Positions 1-9,812 of a stretch of 64,000 nt of DNA are shown here, piece by piece (position 1 is the first letter of the stretch; each line of letters starts with the position of its first letter). The notes beneath the pieces were generated by a model. It was given only the letters and a program-made list of their open reading frames with translations, searched no databases and was not told the origin of the DNA. The translations under genes were made by a program, and so were the position numbers. Source of the stretch: Escherichia coli (GTDB taxonomy: Bacteria > Pseudomonadota > Gammaproteobacteria > Enterobacterales > Enterobacteriaceae); assembly GCF_013315695.1 (NCBI RefSeq), contig NZ_CP054353.1. The stretch is one strand, 5' to 3'.

Positions 1-1
1 A

Positions 2-70
2 AGTGTGGATGAACACAAAAAGGCCAACGCCTTTACCGGCAGTGCCCTGAGTCACGCGGCGCTGCCGTAA
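2..70 (+). CDS. 3' end of upstream head gene (position of decoration protein D in lambda), partial
   Basis: Open frame running off the 5' edge, stop TAA at 68-70 just upstream of the capsid gene; identity inferred from gene order only. Confidence 0.3.
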   Translation, partial: SVDEHKKANAFTGSALSHAALP

Positions 71-127
71 CACGTTATCAGGCCACCGCGTTGGCCTGAC
101 TGATTTCTTAATGAAAGGAACTGATTT

Positions 128-1156
128 ATGGGATTGTTTACGACCCGCCAGTTACTCGGTTATACCGAACAAAAAGTTAAATTCCGTGCGCTGTTTCTGG
201 AGCTGTTTTTCCGCCGTACGGTGAATTTCCACACCGAAGAGGTGATGCTGGACAAAATTACCGGAAAAACGCCGGTGGCGGCCTATGTCTCCCCGATCGT
301 TGAAGGAAAAGTGCTTCGCCATCGCGGTGGTGAAACCCGCGTGTTACGTCCGGGCTACGTCAAGCCCAAACACGAATTTAATTACCAGCAGGCGGTTGAG
401 CGCCTTCCTGGTGAAGATCCGGCTCAGCTGAACGACCCGGCCTACCGTCGTCTGCGTATCATTACCGATAACCTCAAACAGGAAGAGCACGCCATTGTCC
501 AGGTGGAAGAAATGCAGGCGGTGAATGCCGTGCTGTATGGCAAATACACCATGGAAGGGGATCAGTTTGATACTGTCGAGGTGGATTTCGGGCGCTCTGA
601 AGGAAATAACATTGAGCAGGCTGACGGTAAAAAATGGTCTGAGCAGGACCGTGATACGTTTGATCCGACGCATGATATTGACCTCTACTGCGATCAGGCC
701 AGCGGCCTTGTGAATATCGCCATTATGGACGGTACGGTCTGGCGTCTGCTGAATGGCTTTAAGCTGTTCCGCGAAAAACTGGATACCCGTCGCGGCTCAA
801 ATTCACAACTCGAAACGGCAGTGAAAGACCTGGGGGCGGTGGTGTCCTTCAAGGGGTATTACGGCGATCTGGCCATTGTGGTGGCGAAAACGTCTTATGT
901 GGCAGAAGACGGTACCGAAAAACGTTATCTGCCGGAGGGCACACTGGTCCTGGGGAATACGGCAGCAGAGGGCATTCGTTGCTATGGTGCCATTCAGGAT
1001 GCGCAGGCGTTGTCCGAAGGTGTGGTGGCCTCTTCCCGTTATCCGAAACACTGGCTGACTGTGGGCGATCCGGCCCGTGAATTCACCATGACGCAGTCCG
1101 CACCGCTGATGGTGCTGCCGGATCCGGATGAGTTTGTGGTGGTACAGGTGAAATAA
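128..1156 (+). CDS. E: Major capsid protein, lambda gpE family
   Basis: 342 aa; translation strongly resembles lambda gpE (YVSPIV...RGG motif region and overall colinearity). Confidence 0.9.
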   Translation: MGLFTTRQLLGYTEQKVKFRALFLELFFRRTVNFHTEEVMLDKITGKTPVAAYVSPIVEGKVLRHRGGETRVLRPGYVKPKHEFNYQQAVERLPGEDPAQLNDPAYRRLRIITDNLKQEEHAIVQVEEMQAVNAVLYGKYTMEGDQFDTVEVDFGRSEGNNIEQADGKKWSEQDRDTFDPTHDIDLYCDQASGLVNIAIMDGTVWRLLNGFKLFREKLDTRRGSNSQLETAVKDLGAVVSFKGYYGDLAIVVAKTSYVAEDGTEKRYLPEGTLVLGNTAAEGIRCYGAIQDAQALSEGVVASSRYPKHWLTVGDPAREFTMTQSAPLMVLPDPDEFVVVQVK

Positions 1157-1164
1157 TCCGTGAG

Positions 1165-1193
1165 CGGGGGCGAAATGCCCCCGTGTCTTTTTT
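1165..1193 (+). terminator. Hairpin plus T-run immediately after capsid gene (terminator/attenuator)
   Basis: CGGGGGC-gaaat-GCCCCCG stem followed by TGTCTTTTTT. Confidence 0.55.
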
Positions 1194-1207
1194 CACAGGA
1201 GGCTGAG

Positions 1208-1591
1208 ATGGCAACAAAAGAAGAAAATCTGAATCGTCTTCGTCAACTGGCTGGCCTGCTGGGGCGCGAGGCGGATATGTCGGGGAGTGCTGCGGATATT
1301 GCTCAACGTGTGTCTGAGTGGGAAGAGGAGCTTGCTGTTTCCCCGGAGGGCATTATGCACTCTGATGAGAGCGGGGCTGATCAAAATCACACAGACGATG
1401 GTGAGCAGTTGCACAACACTGATGCTCCGGATGATGTTAAAGCGGTCCGTGTGCGGAAATGCCTGCATGTGATGGGGTATTGCCCGGAGACAGGCCGTCC
1501 CGTTGAACTGACGTACCGGGGCATGCGTGTTATGGTGCCATCACCACTGGCGACAGCCATGATACAGCACGGAACGGCTGAGCATGCGTGA
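1208..1591 (+). CDS. DNA packaging protein FI-like
   Basis: Start chosen at ATG 1208 preceded by AGGAGG; position between E and FII as in lambda; weak similarity to gpFI. Confidence 0.6.
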   Translation: MATKEENLNRLRQLAGLLGREADMSGSAADIAQRVSEWEEELAVSPEGIMHSDESGADQNHTDDGEQLHNTDAPDDVKAVRVRKCLHVMGYCPETGRPVELTYRGMRVMVPSPLATAMIQHGTAEHA

Positions 1592-1937
1592 TTTTCAGAA
1601 TGCCTTTGATGCTGCCCTCGCCGGGGTGGACAGTACGATCGTTGAAGTGATGGGGATCCGTGCGCAGTTCACCTCCGGAGCACAACGTGGCGGCGAAGTT
1701 CAGGGGGTTTTTGACGATCCGGAGTCGCTGGGTTTTGCCGGTGGCGGGGTCCGTATTGAAGGAAGCAGCCCGTCATTATTTGTGCGGACGGATACGGTGC
1801 GTGCCGTGCGGCGTGGTGACACGCTGACCATTAACGGCGAGATGTTCTGGGTGGATCGTGTTTCTCCGGATGACGGGGGAAGCTGTTATCTCTGGCTCAA
1901 CCGTGGGCAACCACCCGCTGTTAACCGGCGACGATAA
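1584..1937 (+). CDS. Head-tail joining protein FII
   Basis: 117 aa; C-terminus ...VSPDDGGSCYLWLNRGQPPAVNRRR matches lambda gpFII. Confidence 0.85.
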   Translation: MRDFQNAFDAALAGVDSTIVEVMGIRAQFTSGAQRGGEVQGVFDDPESLGFAGGGVRIEGSSPSLFVRTDTVRAVRRGDTLTINGEMFWVDRVSPDDGGSCYLWLNRGQPPAVNRRR

Positions 1938-1952
1938 ACGCAGGGTGAAATT

Positions 1953-2528
1953 ATGGCGATAAAAGGGCTTGATCAGGCGATTGATAATCTGAGCCGGGTT
2001 CGTAAAAACGCCATTCCGGCGGCTTCAGCAATGACGATTAACCGCGTGGCCACAACGGCGATTAATCAGTCTTCATCACAGGTTGCCCGGGAGACAAAGG
2101 TACGCCGGAAACTGGTTAAGGAACGGTCCAGACTGAAACGGGCCACGGTCAGAAATCCGAATGCAAAAATTATCGTTAACCGCGGTGATCTCCCTGTGAT
2201 TAAGCTGGGGATCAGAATGCTGGGGCGTCGTCCGGACAGCATACTCAAAGCCGGTCAGCATCGTTATCAGCGGGCATTTATCCAGCGATTAAATAATGGG
2301 CGCTGGCATGTTATGCAACGTCTTCCCCAGGCCAGATATGAGGAGGGCAATGACGACAAGGGAAGGAAAAAGCGTAATCGCCTTCCCATTCAGGTGGTGA
2401 AAATCCCGATGGCGGCCCCACTGAAACAGGCATTTGATGAGAATGTTGACCGTATCCGGCGTGAACGCCTGCCTAAAGAACTGGCATACGCGCTGAAACA
2501 ACAACTGAGGATTGCGATAAAACGATGA
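1953..2528 (+). CDS. Z: Minor tail protein Z
   Basis: 191 aa; MAIKGL...RVRKNAIPAASAMTINRVA... matches lambda gpZ. Confidence 0.85.
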   Translation: MAIKGLDQAIDNLSRVRKNAIPAASAMTINRVATTAINQSSSQVARETKVRRKLVKERSRLKRATVRNPNAKIIVNRGDLPVIKLGIRMLGRRPDSILKAGQHRYQRAFIQRLNNGRWHVMQRLPQARYEEGNDDKGRKKRNRLPIQVVKIPMAAPLKQAFDENVDRIRRERLPKELAYALKQQLRIAIKR

Positions 2529-2920
2529 AACACACTGACATTCGTGCCGCAGTGCTGGATGCACTCGAGCAGCATGAACACGGGGCGACGCTGTTTGATG
2601 GTCGCCCCGTTGTTTTTGACGAAGAGGATTTTCCTGCGATCGCGGTTTATCTGACGGATGCAGAGTATACCGGTGAAGAGCTGGATGCAGATACCTGGCG
2701 GGCCACGCTGCATATTGAGGTGTTTTTACCGGCACAGGTACCGGATTCAGAGCTTGATCAGTGGATGGAAAGCCGGATTTACCCGGCGATGACCGCGATC
2801 CCGGCACTGGCAGGACTGATTACCACGATGGTTACGCAGGGCTATGAGTATCGTCGTGATGACGATATGGCGTTATGGAGTTCTGCAGATCTGACTTATT
2901 CCATTACATACGAGATGTGA
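2525..2920 (+). CDS. U: Tail terminator protein U
   Basis: 131 aa; [15 protein letters not shown]... matches lambda gpU; overlaps Z stop (ATGA). Confidence 0.85.
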   Translation: MKHTDIRAAVLDALEQHEHGATLFDGRPVVFDEEDFPAIAVYLTDAEYTGEELDADTWRATLHIEVFLPAQVPDSELDQWMESRIYPAMTAIPALAGLITTMVTQGYEYRRDDDMALWSSADLTYSITYEM

Positions 2921-2927
2921 GGACGAT

Positions 2928-3674
2928 ATGGCAACACCAAATCCCCTTGAGCCGGTAAAAGGTGCCGGTACCACTCTGTGGGTTTACAACGGCAAGGCTG
3001 ATGCTTACGCAAACCCGTTGTCAGACGATGGCTGGCAGCGACTGGCTAAGGTGAAGGATCTGACGCCGGGCGAGATGACGGCTGAACCCTACGATGATAA
3101 CTACCTGGATGATGAAGACGCGGACTGGACCGCGACCGGGCAGGGACAGAAATCTGCAGGTGATACCAGTTTTACGCTGGCCTGGAAACCGGGAGAGGAA
3201 GGCCAGAAAGGGCTTATAGGCTGGTTTGAAAGCGGCGATGTCCGGGCCTATAAAATCCGTTTTCCGAATGGCACGGTGGATGTGTTTCGTGGCTGGGTCA
3301 GCAGTATCGGTAAGGCCGTGACGGCGAAAGAAGTGATCACCCGCACGGTGAAAGTCACTAACGTGGGTAAACCTTCTGTAGCGGAAGAACGCAGCAAAAT
3401 TACGCCGGTCACTGCGATTAAGGTAACGCCGACAGGTACGGTTGAAAAAGGGAAAACAACCACCCTGACCGTTACTGTGGAACCGGAAAATGCAACGGAT
3501 AAGACATTCAGGGCGATTTCCGCCGATCCATCAAAAGCCACCATTAGCGTGAAAGATATGACGATTACTGTGACGGGGGTTAAGGATGGAAAAGTCAGCA
3601 TCCCTGTGATTTCCGGTAATGGTCAGTTTGCTGCGGTGGCTGAAATTACCGTTAATAATGTGCCGGGTGGCTAA
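2928..3674 (+). CDS. V: Major tail tube protein V with C-terminal Ig-like domain
   Basis: 248 aa; near-colinear with lambda gpV ([10 protein letters not shown]...[20 protein letters not shown]...). Confidence 0.9.
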   Translation: MATPNPLEPVKGAGTTLWVYNGKADAYANPLSDDGWQRLAKVKDLTPGEMTAEPYDDNYLDDEDADWTATGQGQKSAGDTSFTLAWKPGEEGQKGLIGWFESGDVRAYKIRFPNGTVDVFRGWVSSIGKAVTAKEVITRTVKVTNVGKPSVAEERSKITPVTAIKVTPTGTVEKGKTTTLTVTVEPENATDKTFRAISADPSKATISVKDMTITVTGVKDGKVSIPVISGNGQFAAVAEITVNNVPGG

Positions 3675-3692
3675 AGAGCTGAGAGATAAGCG

Positions 3693-4124
3693 ATGTTCCT
3701 GAAAACAGAACAATTTGAATATAACGGTGTATCCGTCACGCTTTCTGAGCTGTCTGCGCTGCAGCGTATTGAGCATCTTGCCCTCCTGAAACGGCGGGCA
3801 GAAGAGGCTGAAGCCAGCGGCAACCTGCAGGTGAGTGTGGAAGATCTTGTCAGAACCGGCGCGTTTCTGGTGGCGATGTCCCTGTGGCATAACCATCCAC
3901 AGAAAACGCAGTCACCGTCAATGAATGAGGCCGTGATGAAGATAGAGCAGGAAGTGCTCACCACCTGGCCTGCCGATGCCATTGCCCGGGCGGAAGACGT
4001 GGTGTTGTGCCTGTCCGGGATGATCGAAGCTGTTCGTCCGGATACTGATATTACTGAAGTGGCGAAAAATAACACGCTGACTGATGATGATTTTTCTGCG
4101 GGAAAGTCTTCGACGGCGAGCTGA
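3693..4124 (+). CDS. G: Tail assembly chaperone G
   Basis: 143 aa; MFLKTEQFEYNGVSVTLSELSALQRIEHL... matches lambda gpG. Confidence 0.85.
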   Translation: MFLKTEQFEYNGVSVTLSELSALQRIEHLALLKRRAEEAEASGNLQVSVEDLVRTGAFLVAMSLWHNHPQKTQSPSMNEAVMKIEQEVLTTWPADAIARAEDVVLCLSGMIEAVRPDTDITEVAKNNTLTDDDFSAGKSSTAS

Positions 4125-4564
4125 ACTTTGCCCTCAGACTGGCGCGTGAGATGGGGAGACCCGACTGGCGCGCCATGCTTGCCGGGATGACATCCACCGA
4201 ATATGCCGACTGGCACCGTTTTTACCGCACGCATTATTTTCAGGATACCCAGCTGGATATGCATTTTTCCGGGCTGACGTACGCTGTACTCAGCCTGTTT
4301 TTTTGCGATCCGGATATGCATCCCTCTGATTTCAGTCTGCTTGTCCCCCGGCATGAGGAAGAGCAGGTGGAGAGGCCGGATGAGGACAAAATGCTGATGC
4401 AGAAAGCGGCAGGACTTGCCGGAGGCGTCCGGTTCGGTGGGGACGGAGGGCGCGATATTTTATCGTCTGCGGATGTGGCGGATGTCATGGTGGATGATGC
4501 CGCATTAATGATGGCTTCAGCGGGGATTCCGGGAGGTGTGAGATATGTCCCAGCCGGTTGGTGA
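3693..4564 (+). CDS. T: Tail assembly chaperone G-T fusion (via -1 frameshift at 4100-4106)
   Basis: T-frame ORF 4151-4564 resembles lambda gpT and overlaps the start of H; geometry identical to the lambda G/GT system. Confidence 0.7.
4100..4106 (+). other. Programmed -1 ribosomal frameshift slippery heptamer GGGAAAG (G to G-T fusion)
   Basis: Heptamer is read GCG-GGA-AAG in the G frame (frame 0); the downstream T ORF is in the -1 frame (frame 2) and is open from this point. Confidence 0.75.
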
Positions 4565-7118
4565 TCTTGTTATTGACCTTAGTCTGGATGCTGTCCGTTT
4601 CGATGAGCAGATGAGCCGGGTAAGGCGTCATTTTTCAGGTCTGGATACCGACGCCAGAAAAACCGCCAGTGCTGTTGAACAGGGCCTGAGCCGCCAGGCG
4701 CTGGCTGCACAAAAAGCAGGGATTTCCGTCGGGCAGTATAAAGCGGCCATGCGAACCCTGCCCGCACAGTTTACGGATATCGCCACGCAGCTTGCCGGTG
4801 GTCAGAATCCCTGGCTGATCCTGCTGCAACAGGGCGGTCAGGTGAAGGACTCCTTCGGCGGGATGATCCCCATGTTCAGGGGGCTTGCCGGTGCGATCAC
4901 CCTGCCGATGGTCGGGGTCACCTCGCTGGCGGTGGCGACAGGTGCGCTGGTGTACGCCTGGTACCAGGGAGATTCCACGCTTTCAGCGTTTAATAAAACT
5001 CTGGTTCTTTCCGGTAATCAGTCCGGACTGACTGCCGATCGTATGCTGACTCTCTCAAGAGCCGGGCAGGCAGCAGGGCTGACGTTTAACCAGGCGAGAG
5101 AGTCACTGGCAGCCCTGGTGAATGCCGGTGTGCGTGGTGGTGAACAGTTTGATGCCATCAACCAGAGTGTCGCGCGTTTTGCGTCTGCATCCGGTGTGGA
5201 GGTGGATAAAGTCGCTGAAGCCTTCGGGAAGCTGACCACTGACCCGACGTCGGGACTGATGGCGATGGCGCGCCAGTTCCGTAACGTGACGGCAGAGCAG
5301 ATTGCGTATGTTGCACAGCTGCAGCGTTCCGGAGACGAGGCCGGGGCATTGCAGGCGGCGAACGATATCGCCACGAAAGGCTTTGATGAGCAGACCCGTC
5401 GCCTGAAAGAAAACATGGGAACACTGGAGACCTGGGCGGATAAAACAGGGAAGGCATTCAAATCGATGTGGGATGCCATTCTGGATATCGGTCGTCCGGA
5501 ATCCTCAGCGGATATGCTCGCCAGTGCGCAGAAGGCATTTGATGAGGCGGATAAAAAATGGCAGTGGTACCAGAGCCGGAGCCAGCGCCGGGGAAAGACC
5601 TCCTCTTTTCGTGCGAACCTTCAGGGGGCATGGGATGACCGGGAAAATGCCCGTCTGGGTCTGGCAGCGGCCACGCTGCAGTCGGATATGGAAAAAGCCG
5701 GTGAACTGGCGGCAAGGGACCGGGCTGAGCGTGAGGCGTCACAGCTGAAGTATACCGGAGAGGCGCAGAAGGCGTATGAGCGCCTGCAGACGCCGCTGGA
5801 TAAATATACCGCCCGTCAGAAAGAGCTGAATAAGGCCCTGAAAGACGGAAAAATCCTGCAGGCGGATTACAACACGCTGATGGCGTCGGCAAAAAAGGAT
5901 TATGAATCGACGCTGAAAAAGCCGTCAGGTGTGAAGGTGTCTGCCGGTGAGCGCCAGGAAGACCGGGCGCATGCAGCCATGCTGGCGCTTGAAACCGAGC
6001 TCAGGACGCTGGAAAAACACAGCGGTGTGAATGAGAAAATCAGCCAGCAGCGCCGGGATTTATGGGAAGCGGAAAATCAGTATGTGGTCCTGAAAGAGGC
6101 CGCCACGAAACGGCAGTTATCTGAGCAGGAAAAATCCCTGCTGGCCCATGAGAAAGAAACGCTGGAGTACAAACGCCAGCTGGCTGAGCTGGGCGACAAG
6201 ATAGAACACCAGAAGCGGCTGAATGAGCTGGCACAGCAGGCGGCGCGGTTTGAACAGCAGCAGAGCGCGAAGCAGGCGGCAATCAGCGCAAAAGCCCGCG
6301 GCCTCACTGACCGTCAGGCGCAGCGGGAGTCGGAAGAGCAGCGCCTTCGTGAGGTGTACGGTGATAATCCGGCTGCGCTGGCGAAGGCCACATCGGCACT
6401 GAAGAACACCTGGTCTGCGGAGGAGCAGCTTCGTGGAAGCTGGATGGCCGGGATGAAGTCCGGCTGGGGCGAGTGGGCGGAAAGTGCGACGGACAGTTTT
6501 TCGCAGGTTAAAAACGCGGCCACGCAGACCTTTGACGGTATTGCACAGAATATGGCGGCGATGCTGACCGGCAGTGAGCAGAACTGGCGTGGTTTCACCC
6601 GTTCCGTGCTCTCCATGCTGACAGAGATTTTTCTGAAGCAGGCAATGGTGGGGATTGTCGGAAGTATCGGCAGCGCCATTGGCGGGGCTGTTGGTGGTGG
6701 CGCATCCGCGTCAGGCGGTACAGCCATTCAGGCTGCGGCGGCGAACTTCCATTTTGCGACCGGAGGATTTACGGGAACCGGCGGCAAATATGAGCCAGCG
6801 GGGATTGTTCACCGTGGTGAATTTGTCTTCACGAAGGAGGCAACCAGCCGGATTGGTGTCGGCAACCTGTATCGTCTGATGCGCGGGTATGCGGAAGGTG
6901 GTTATGTCGGCGGTGCCGGAAGTCCGGCGCAGATGCGGCGGGCGGAAGGTATCCGGTTTGAGCAGAACAACAGCGTGGTGATTCAGAACGACGGTATCAA
7001 CGGACAGGCCGGGCCGCAGCTGATGAAAGCGGTGTATGAGATGGCCCGTAAAGGTGCGCAGGATGAGATTCAGGCGCAGATGCGTGATGGCGGCGTATTT
7101 TCCGGAGGCAGGCGATGA
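4545..7118 (+). CDS. H: Tail tape measure protein H
   Basis: 857 aa; colinear with lambda gpH over its full length (lambda H is about 853 aa). Confidence 0.95.
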   Translation: MSQPVGDLVIDLSLDAVRFDEQMSRVRRHFSGLDTDARKTASAVEQGLSRQALAAQKAGISVGQYKAAMRTLPAQFTDIATQLAGGQNPWLILLQQGGQVKDSFGGMIPMFRGLAGAITLPMVGVTSLAVATGALVYAWYQGDSTLSAFNKTLVLSGNQSGLTADRMLTLSRAGQAAGLTFNQARESLAALVNAGVRGGEQFDAINQSVARFASASGVEVDKVAEAFGKLTTDPTSGLMAMARQFRNVTAEQIAYVAQLQRSGDEAGALQAANDIATKGFDEQTRRLKENMGTLETWADKTGKAFKSMWDAILDIGRPESSADMLASAQKAFDEADKKWQWYQSRSQRRGKTSSFRANLQGAWDDRENARLGLAAATLQSDMEKAGELAARDRAEREASQLKYTGEAQKAYERLQTPLDKYTARQKELNKALKDGKILQADYNTLMASAKKDYESTLKKPSGVKVSAGERQEDRAHAAMLALETELRTLEKHSGVNEKISQQRRDLWEAENQYVVLKEAATKRQLSEQEKSLLAHEKETLEYKRQLAELGDKIEHQKRLNELAQQAARFEQQQSAKQAAISAKARGLTDRQAQRESEEQRLREVYGDNPAALAKATSALKNTWSAEEQLRGSWMAGMKSGWGEWAESATDSFSQVKNAATQTFDGIAQNMAAMLTGSEQNWRGFTRSVLSMLTEIFLKQAMVGIVGSIGSAIGGAVGGGASASGGTAIQAAAANFHFATGGFTGTGGKYEPAGIVHRGEFVFTKEATSRIGVGNLYRLMRGYAEGGYVGGAGSPAQMRRAEGIRFEQNNSVVIQNDGINGQAGPQLMKAVYEMARKGAQDEIQAQMRDGGVFSGGRR

Positions 7119-7444
7119 AAACCTTTCGCTGGAAAGTGAAACCGGATATGGAGGTGAACTCGCAGCCATCGGTGCGTGAAGTGCGTTTTGGTGACGGGTA
7201 CTCACAGCGTATGGCGGCAGGGCTGAATGCTGACCTGAAAACATACAGGGTGACGCTTTCCGTGACCCGGGAGGAGGCCCGGCATCTGGAAGCGTTCCTG
7301 GCAGAGCACGGTGGCTGGAAGGCATTTTTGTGGAAGCCACCCTATGCATACCGGCAGATAAAGGTGACCTGTGCCGGGTGGTCTGCGCGGGTCGGGATGT
7401 TGCGCGTTGAGTTCAGCGCGGAGTTTAAGCAGGTGGTGAACTGA
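7115..7444 (+). CDS. M: Minor tail protein M
   Basis: 109 aa; position and similarity to lambda gpM. Confidence 0.85.
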   Translation: MKTFRWKVKPDMEVNSQPSVREVRFGDGYSQRMAAGLNADLKTYRVTLSVTREEARHLEAFLAEHGGWKAFLWKPPYAYRQIKVTCAGWSARVGMLRVEFSAEFKQVVN

Positions 7445-8142
7445 TGCAGGATATTCGCGAAGAAAGTCTGAACGAGTCGGTTAAGTCAGAGCAGTCACCG
7501 CGGGTGGTACTCTGGGAAATCGACCTGACGGTACAGGGTGGTGAGCGGTATTTTTTCTGTAATGAGCTGAATGAAAAAGGGGAGCCGGTCACCTGGCAGG
7601 GGCGTAAGTATGAGGCATACCCGATTGACGGCAGCGGCTTTGAGATGAACGGCCGGGGCAGCAGTGCCAGACCGTCGCTGACGGTGTCCAATCTGTTCGG
7701 TCTGGTCACCGGGATGGCGGAAGACCTGCAGAGTCTGGTGGGGGCCACGGTGGTCCGCCGCCGGGTGTATGCCCGTTTTCTGGATGCGGTGAATTTCGTT
7801 GCGGGCAATCCGGAGGCGGACCCGGAGCAGGAGCTGAGTGACCGCTGGGTGGTGGAGCAGATGTCGCAGCTGACAGCCATGACGGCCTCGTTTGTGCTGG
7901 CCACACCGACCGAGACGGACGGGGCGCTGTTTCCCGGTCGCATCATGCTGGCGAACACCTGTATGTGGGATTACCGGGGAGATGAATGCGGGTATAACGG
8001 TCCTGCGGTGGCGGATGAGTTCGACAACCCCACCACGGATATCCGTAAGGACAGATGCAGCAAGTGCATGCGCGGGTGTGAGATGCGCGGCATGGTGGCT
8101 AATTTTGGCGGTTTCCTTTCCATTAACAAACTTTCGCAGTAA
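7444..8142 (+). CDS. L: Tail tip protein L (Cys cluster at C-terminus)
   Basis: 232 aa; lambda gpL-like; C-terminal CSKCMRGCEMRG cysteine motif. Confidence 0.85.
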   Translation: MQDIREESLNESVKSEQSPRVVLWEIDLTVQGGERYFFCNELNEKGEPVTWQGRKYEAYPIDGSGFEMNGRGSSARPSLTVSNLFGLVTGMAEDLQSLVGATVVRRRVYARFLDAVNFVAGNPEADPEQELSDRWVVEQMSQLTAMTASFVLATPTETDGALFPGRIMLANTCMWDYRGDECGYNGPAVADEFDNPTTDIRKDRCSKCMRGCEMRGMVANFGGFLSINKLSQ

Positions 8143-8147
8143 ATCCA

Positions 8148-8891
8148 ATGACACAGACAGAATCAGCGATTCTGGCGCATGCCCGGCGGTGTGTGCCTGC
8201 GGAGTCGTGCGGCTTAGTGGTGAGAACGCCGGAGGGGGAGCGGTATATCCCTTGTGTGAATATCTCTGCAGAGCCGGAGGCGTATTTTCGTATTGCACCG
8301 GAAGACTGGCTGCGGGCAGAGATGCAGGGGGAGATTGTGGCACTGGTCCACAGTCATCCCGGTGGGCTGCCCTGGCTGAGCGAGGCTGACCGGCGGCTGC
8401 AGATAAAAAGCGCACTGCCCTGGTGGCTGGTCTGCCGGGGTGACATTCACAAATTCCGCTGCGTGCCGCACCTGACGGGACGGCGCTTTGAGCACGGGGT
8501 GACGGACTGTTACACCCTGTTCCGGGATGCATACCATCTGGCGGGGACTGAAATGCCGGATTTTCATCGCGAGGATGACTGGTGGCGCAACGGTCAGAAC
8601 CTTTACCTGGACAATATGGCGGTCACCGGCTTTTACCGGGTGCCCCTGTCCTCTGCACAGGCGGGCGATATTCTGCTGTGCTGCTTTGGTGCTTCGGTAC
8701 CGAACCATGCCGCCATTTACTGCGGCAACGGTGAGCTGCTTCACCATCTGCCTGAACAACTGAGTAAACGGGAGAGGTATTCCGAAAAATGGCAACGACG
8801 AACGCATTCTGTCTGGCGTCACCGCCACTGGCACGCATCTGCCTTCACGGGGATTTGCAACGATTTGGCCGCCGCCTCAGCCTGTATGTGA
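8148..8891 (+). CDS. K: Tail tip assembly protein K (MPN/JAB plus NlpC/P60 domains)
   Basis: 247 aa; HSHP metal motif then Cys/His NlpC-like region; lambda gpK-like; 3' end overlaps I. Confidence 0.8.
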   Translation: MTQTESAILAHARRCVPAESCGLVVRTPEGERYIPCVNISAEPEAYFRIAPEDWLRAEMQGEIVALVHSHPGGLPWLSEADRRLQIKSALPWWLVCRGDIHKFRCVPHLTGRRFEHGVTDCYTLFRDAYHLAGTEMPDFHREDDWWRNGQNLYLDNMAVTGFYRVPLSSAQAGDILLCCFGASVPNHAAIYCGNGELLHHLPEQLSKRERYSEKWQRRTHSVWRHRHWHASAFTGICNDLAAASACM

Positions 8892-9469
8892 ACACGGCAG
8901 CGGAAGCCATTCGCGCCCTGTCGATGCAGATGCCGGGCTTTCGCCGTCAGATGAACGAAGGCTGGTACCAGATACGTATTGCCGGTGATGACACGGCACC
9001 GGAGGCGGTGTATGCCCGTCTTCACGAACAGCTGGGTGAGGGAACGGTCATCCACATTGTGCCGCGACTGGCCGGGGCCGGAAAGGGTGGACTGCAGATT
9101 GTGCTGGGGGCGGCAGCCATCGTGGGCTCTTTCTTCACGGCCGGAGGCTCGATGGCGTTATGGGGTACAGCCCTGAGTGCCGGTGGTTTTTCTGCCACCA
9201 CGATGCTGTTTTCACTGGGTGCCAGCATGATACTGGGCGGAGTGGCCCAGATGCTGGCCCCGAAGGCAAAAACACCGGATTACCGCGCAACGGATAACGG
9301 CAGACAGAACACGTACTTTTCCTCGCTGGATAACATGATTGCCCAGGGGAACCCGATGCCGGTGCCTTACGGGGAAATGCTGGTTGGCTCCCGCCGTATA
9401 TCCCAGGACATCAGCACCCGTGATGAAGGCGGGGGCGGAAAGGTCGTGGTTATCGGGCGGCAGGGGTAA
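8789..9469 (+). CDS. I: Tail tip assembly protein I
   Basis: 226 aa; ...ARICLHGDLQRFGRR... and Gly-rich hydrophobic middle match lambda gpI. Confidence 0.85.
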   Translation: MATTNAFCLASPPLARICLHGDLQRFGRRLSLYVNTAAEAIRALSMQMPGFRRQMNEGWYQIRIAGDDTAPEAVYARLHEQLGEGTVIHIVPRLAGAGKGGLQIVLGAAAIVGSFFTAGGSMALWGTALSAGGFSATTMLFSLGASMILGGVAQMLAPKAKTPDYRATDNGRQNTYFSSLDNMIAQGNPMPVPYGEMLVGSRRISQDISTRDEGGGGKVVVIGRQG

Positions 9470-9473
9470 AAAG

Positions 9474-9515
9474 AATAAAAAAATCCCGCAGTGATCGCGG
9501 ACAGGAACTGCGGGA
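9474..9515 (-). terminator. Hairpin with adjacent A-run (terminator-like when read on minus strand) in the I-J intergenic insert
   Basis: TCCCGCAG ... CTGCGGGA 8-bp stem, 16-nt loop, preceded on + strand by AATAAAAAAA. Confidence 0.35.
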
Positions 9516-9680
9516 GAGTTACGAAGATTAAGTGTAAGGAATTATTCTTATATCACGACAAAAAAATTAACGCAGAGAAATTATACGCGCCACAGTCAGT
9601 TTGTGAAAATGTGAAGATATTCAGAATTTTTATGCCATTACCGGTTTTAACCAACAGGATTATCGGTGGGCATGAAAGAA

Positions 9681-9715
9681 AACCCCGGTATCTGCTGATA
9701 CCGGGGTTTCTCTTT
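9681..9715. terminator. Perfect 11-bp palindromic hairpin flanked by A-rich and T-rich tracts (bidirectional terminator-like)
   Basis: AACCCCGGTAT-ctgctg-ATACCGGGGTT followed by TCTCTTT. Confidence 0.35.
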
Positions 9716-9812
9716 AGCATGGCAGAAATGTGTTTCATGCTTTTCGGGCGAAGGATATCCGACTTCTGTACGGAATGGCAAGTGGCGGTTAATTTATTCA
9801 GGGGAAGGCTGT

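Noticed and set aside
4579-8532. Numerous antisense or out-of-frame ORFs inside H, M, L and K (for example 5018-5479 minus, 6711-7349 minus, 7495-8532 minus, 345 aa)
   Set aside because: They lie entirely within strongly supported lambda tail genes; translations are Pro/Arg/Ala-rich low-complexity typical of GC-rich non-coding frames; no RBS or known similarity.
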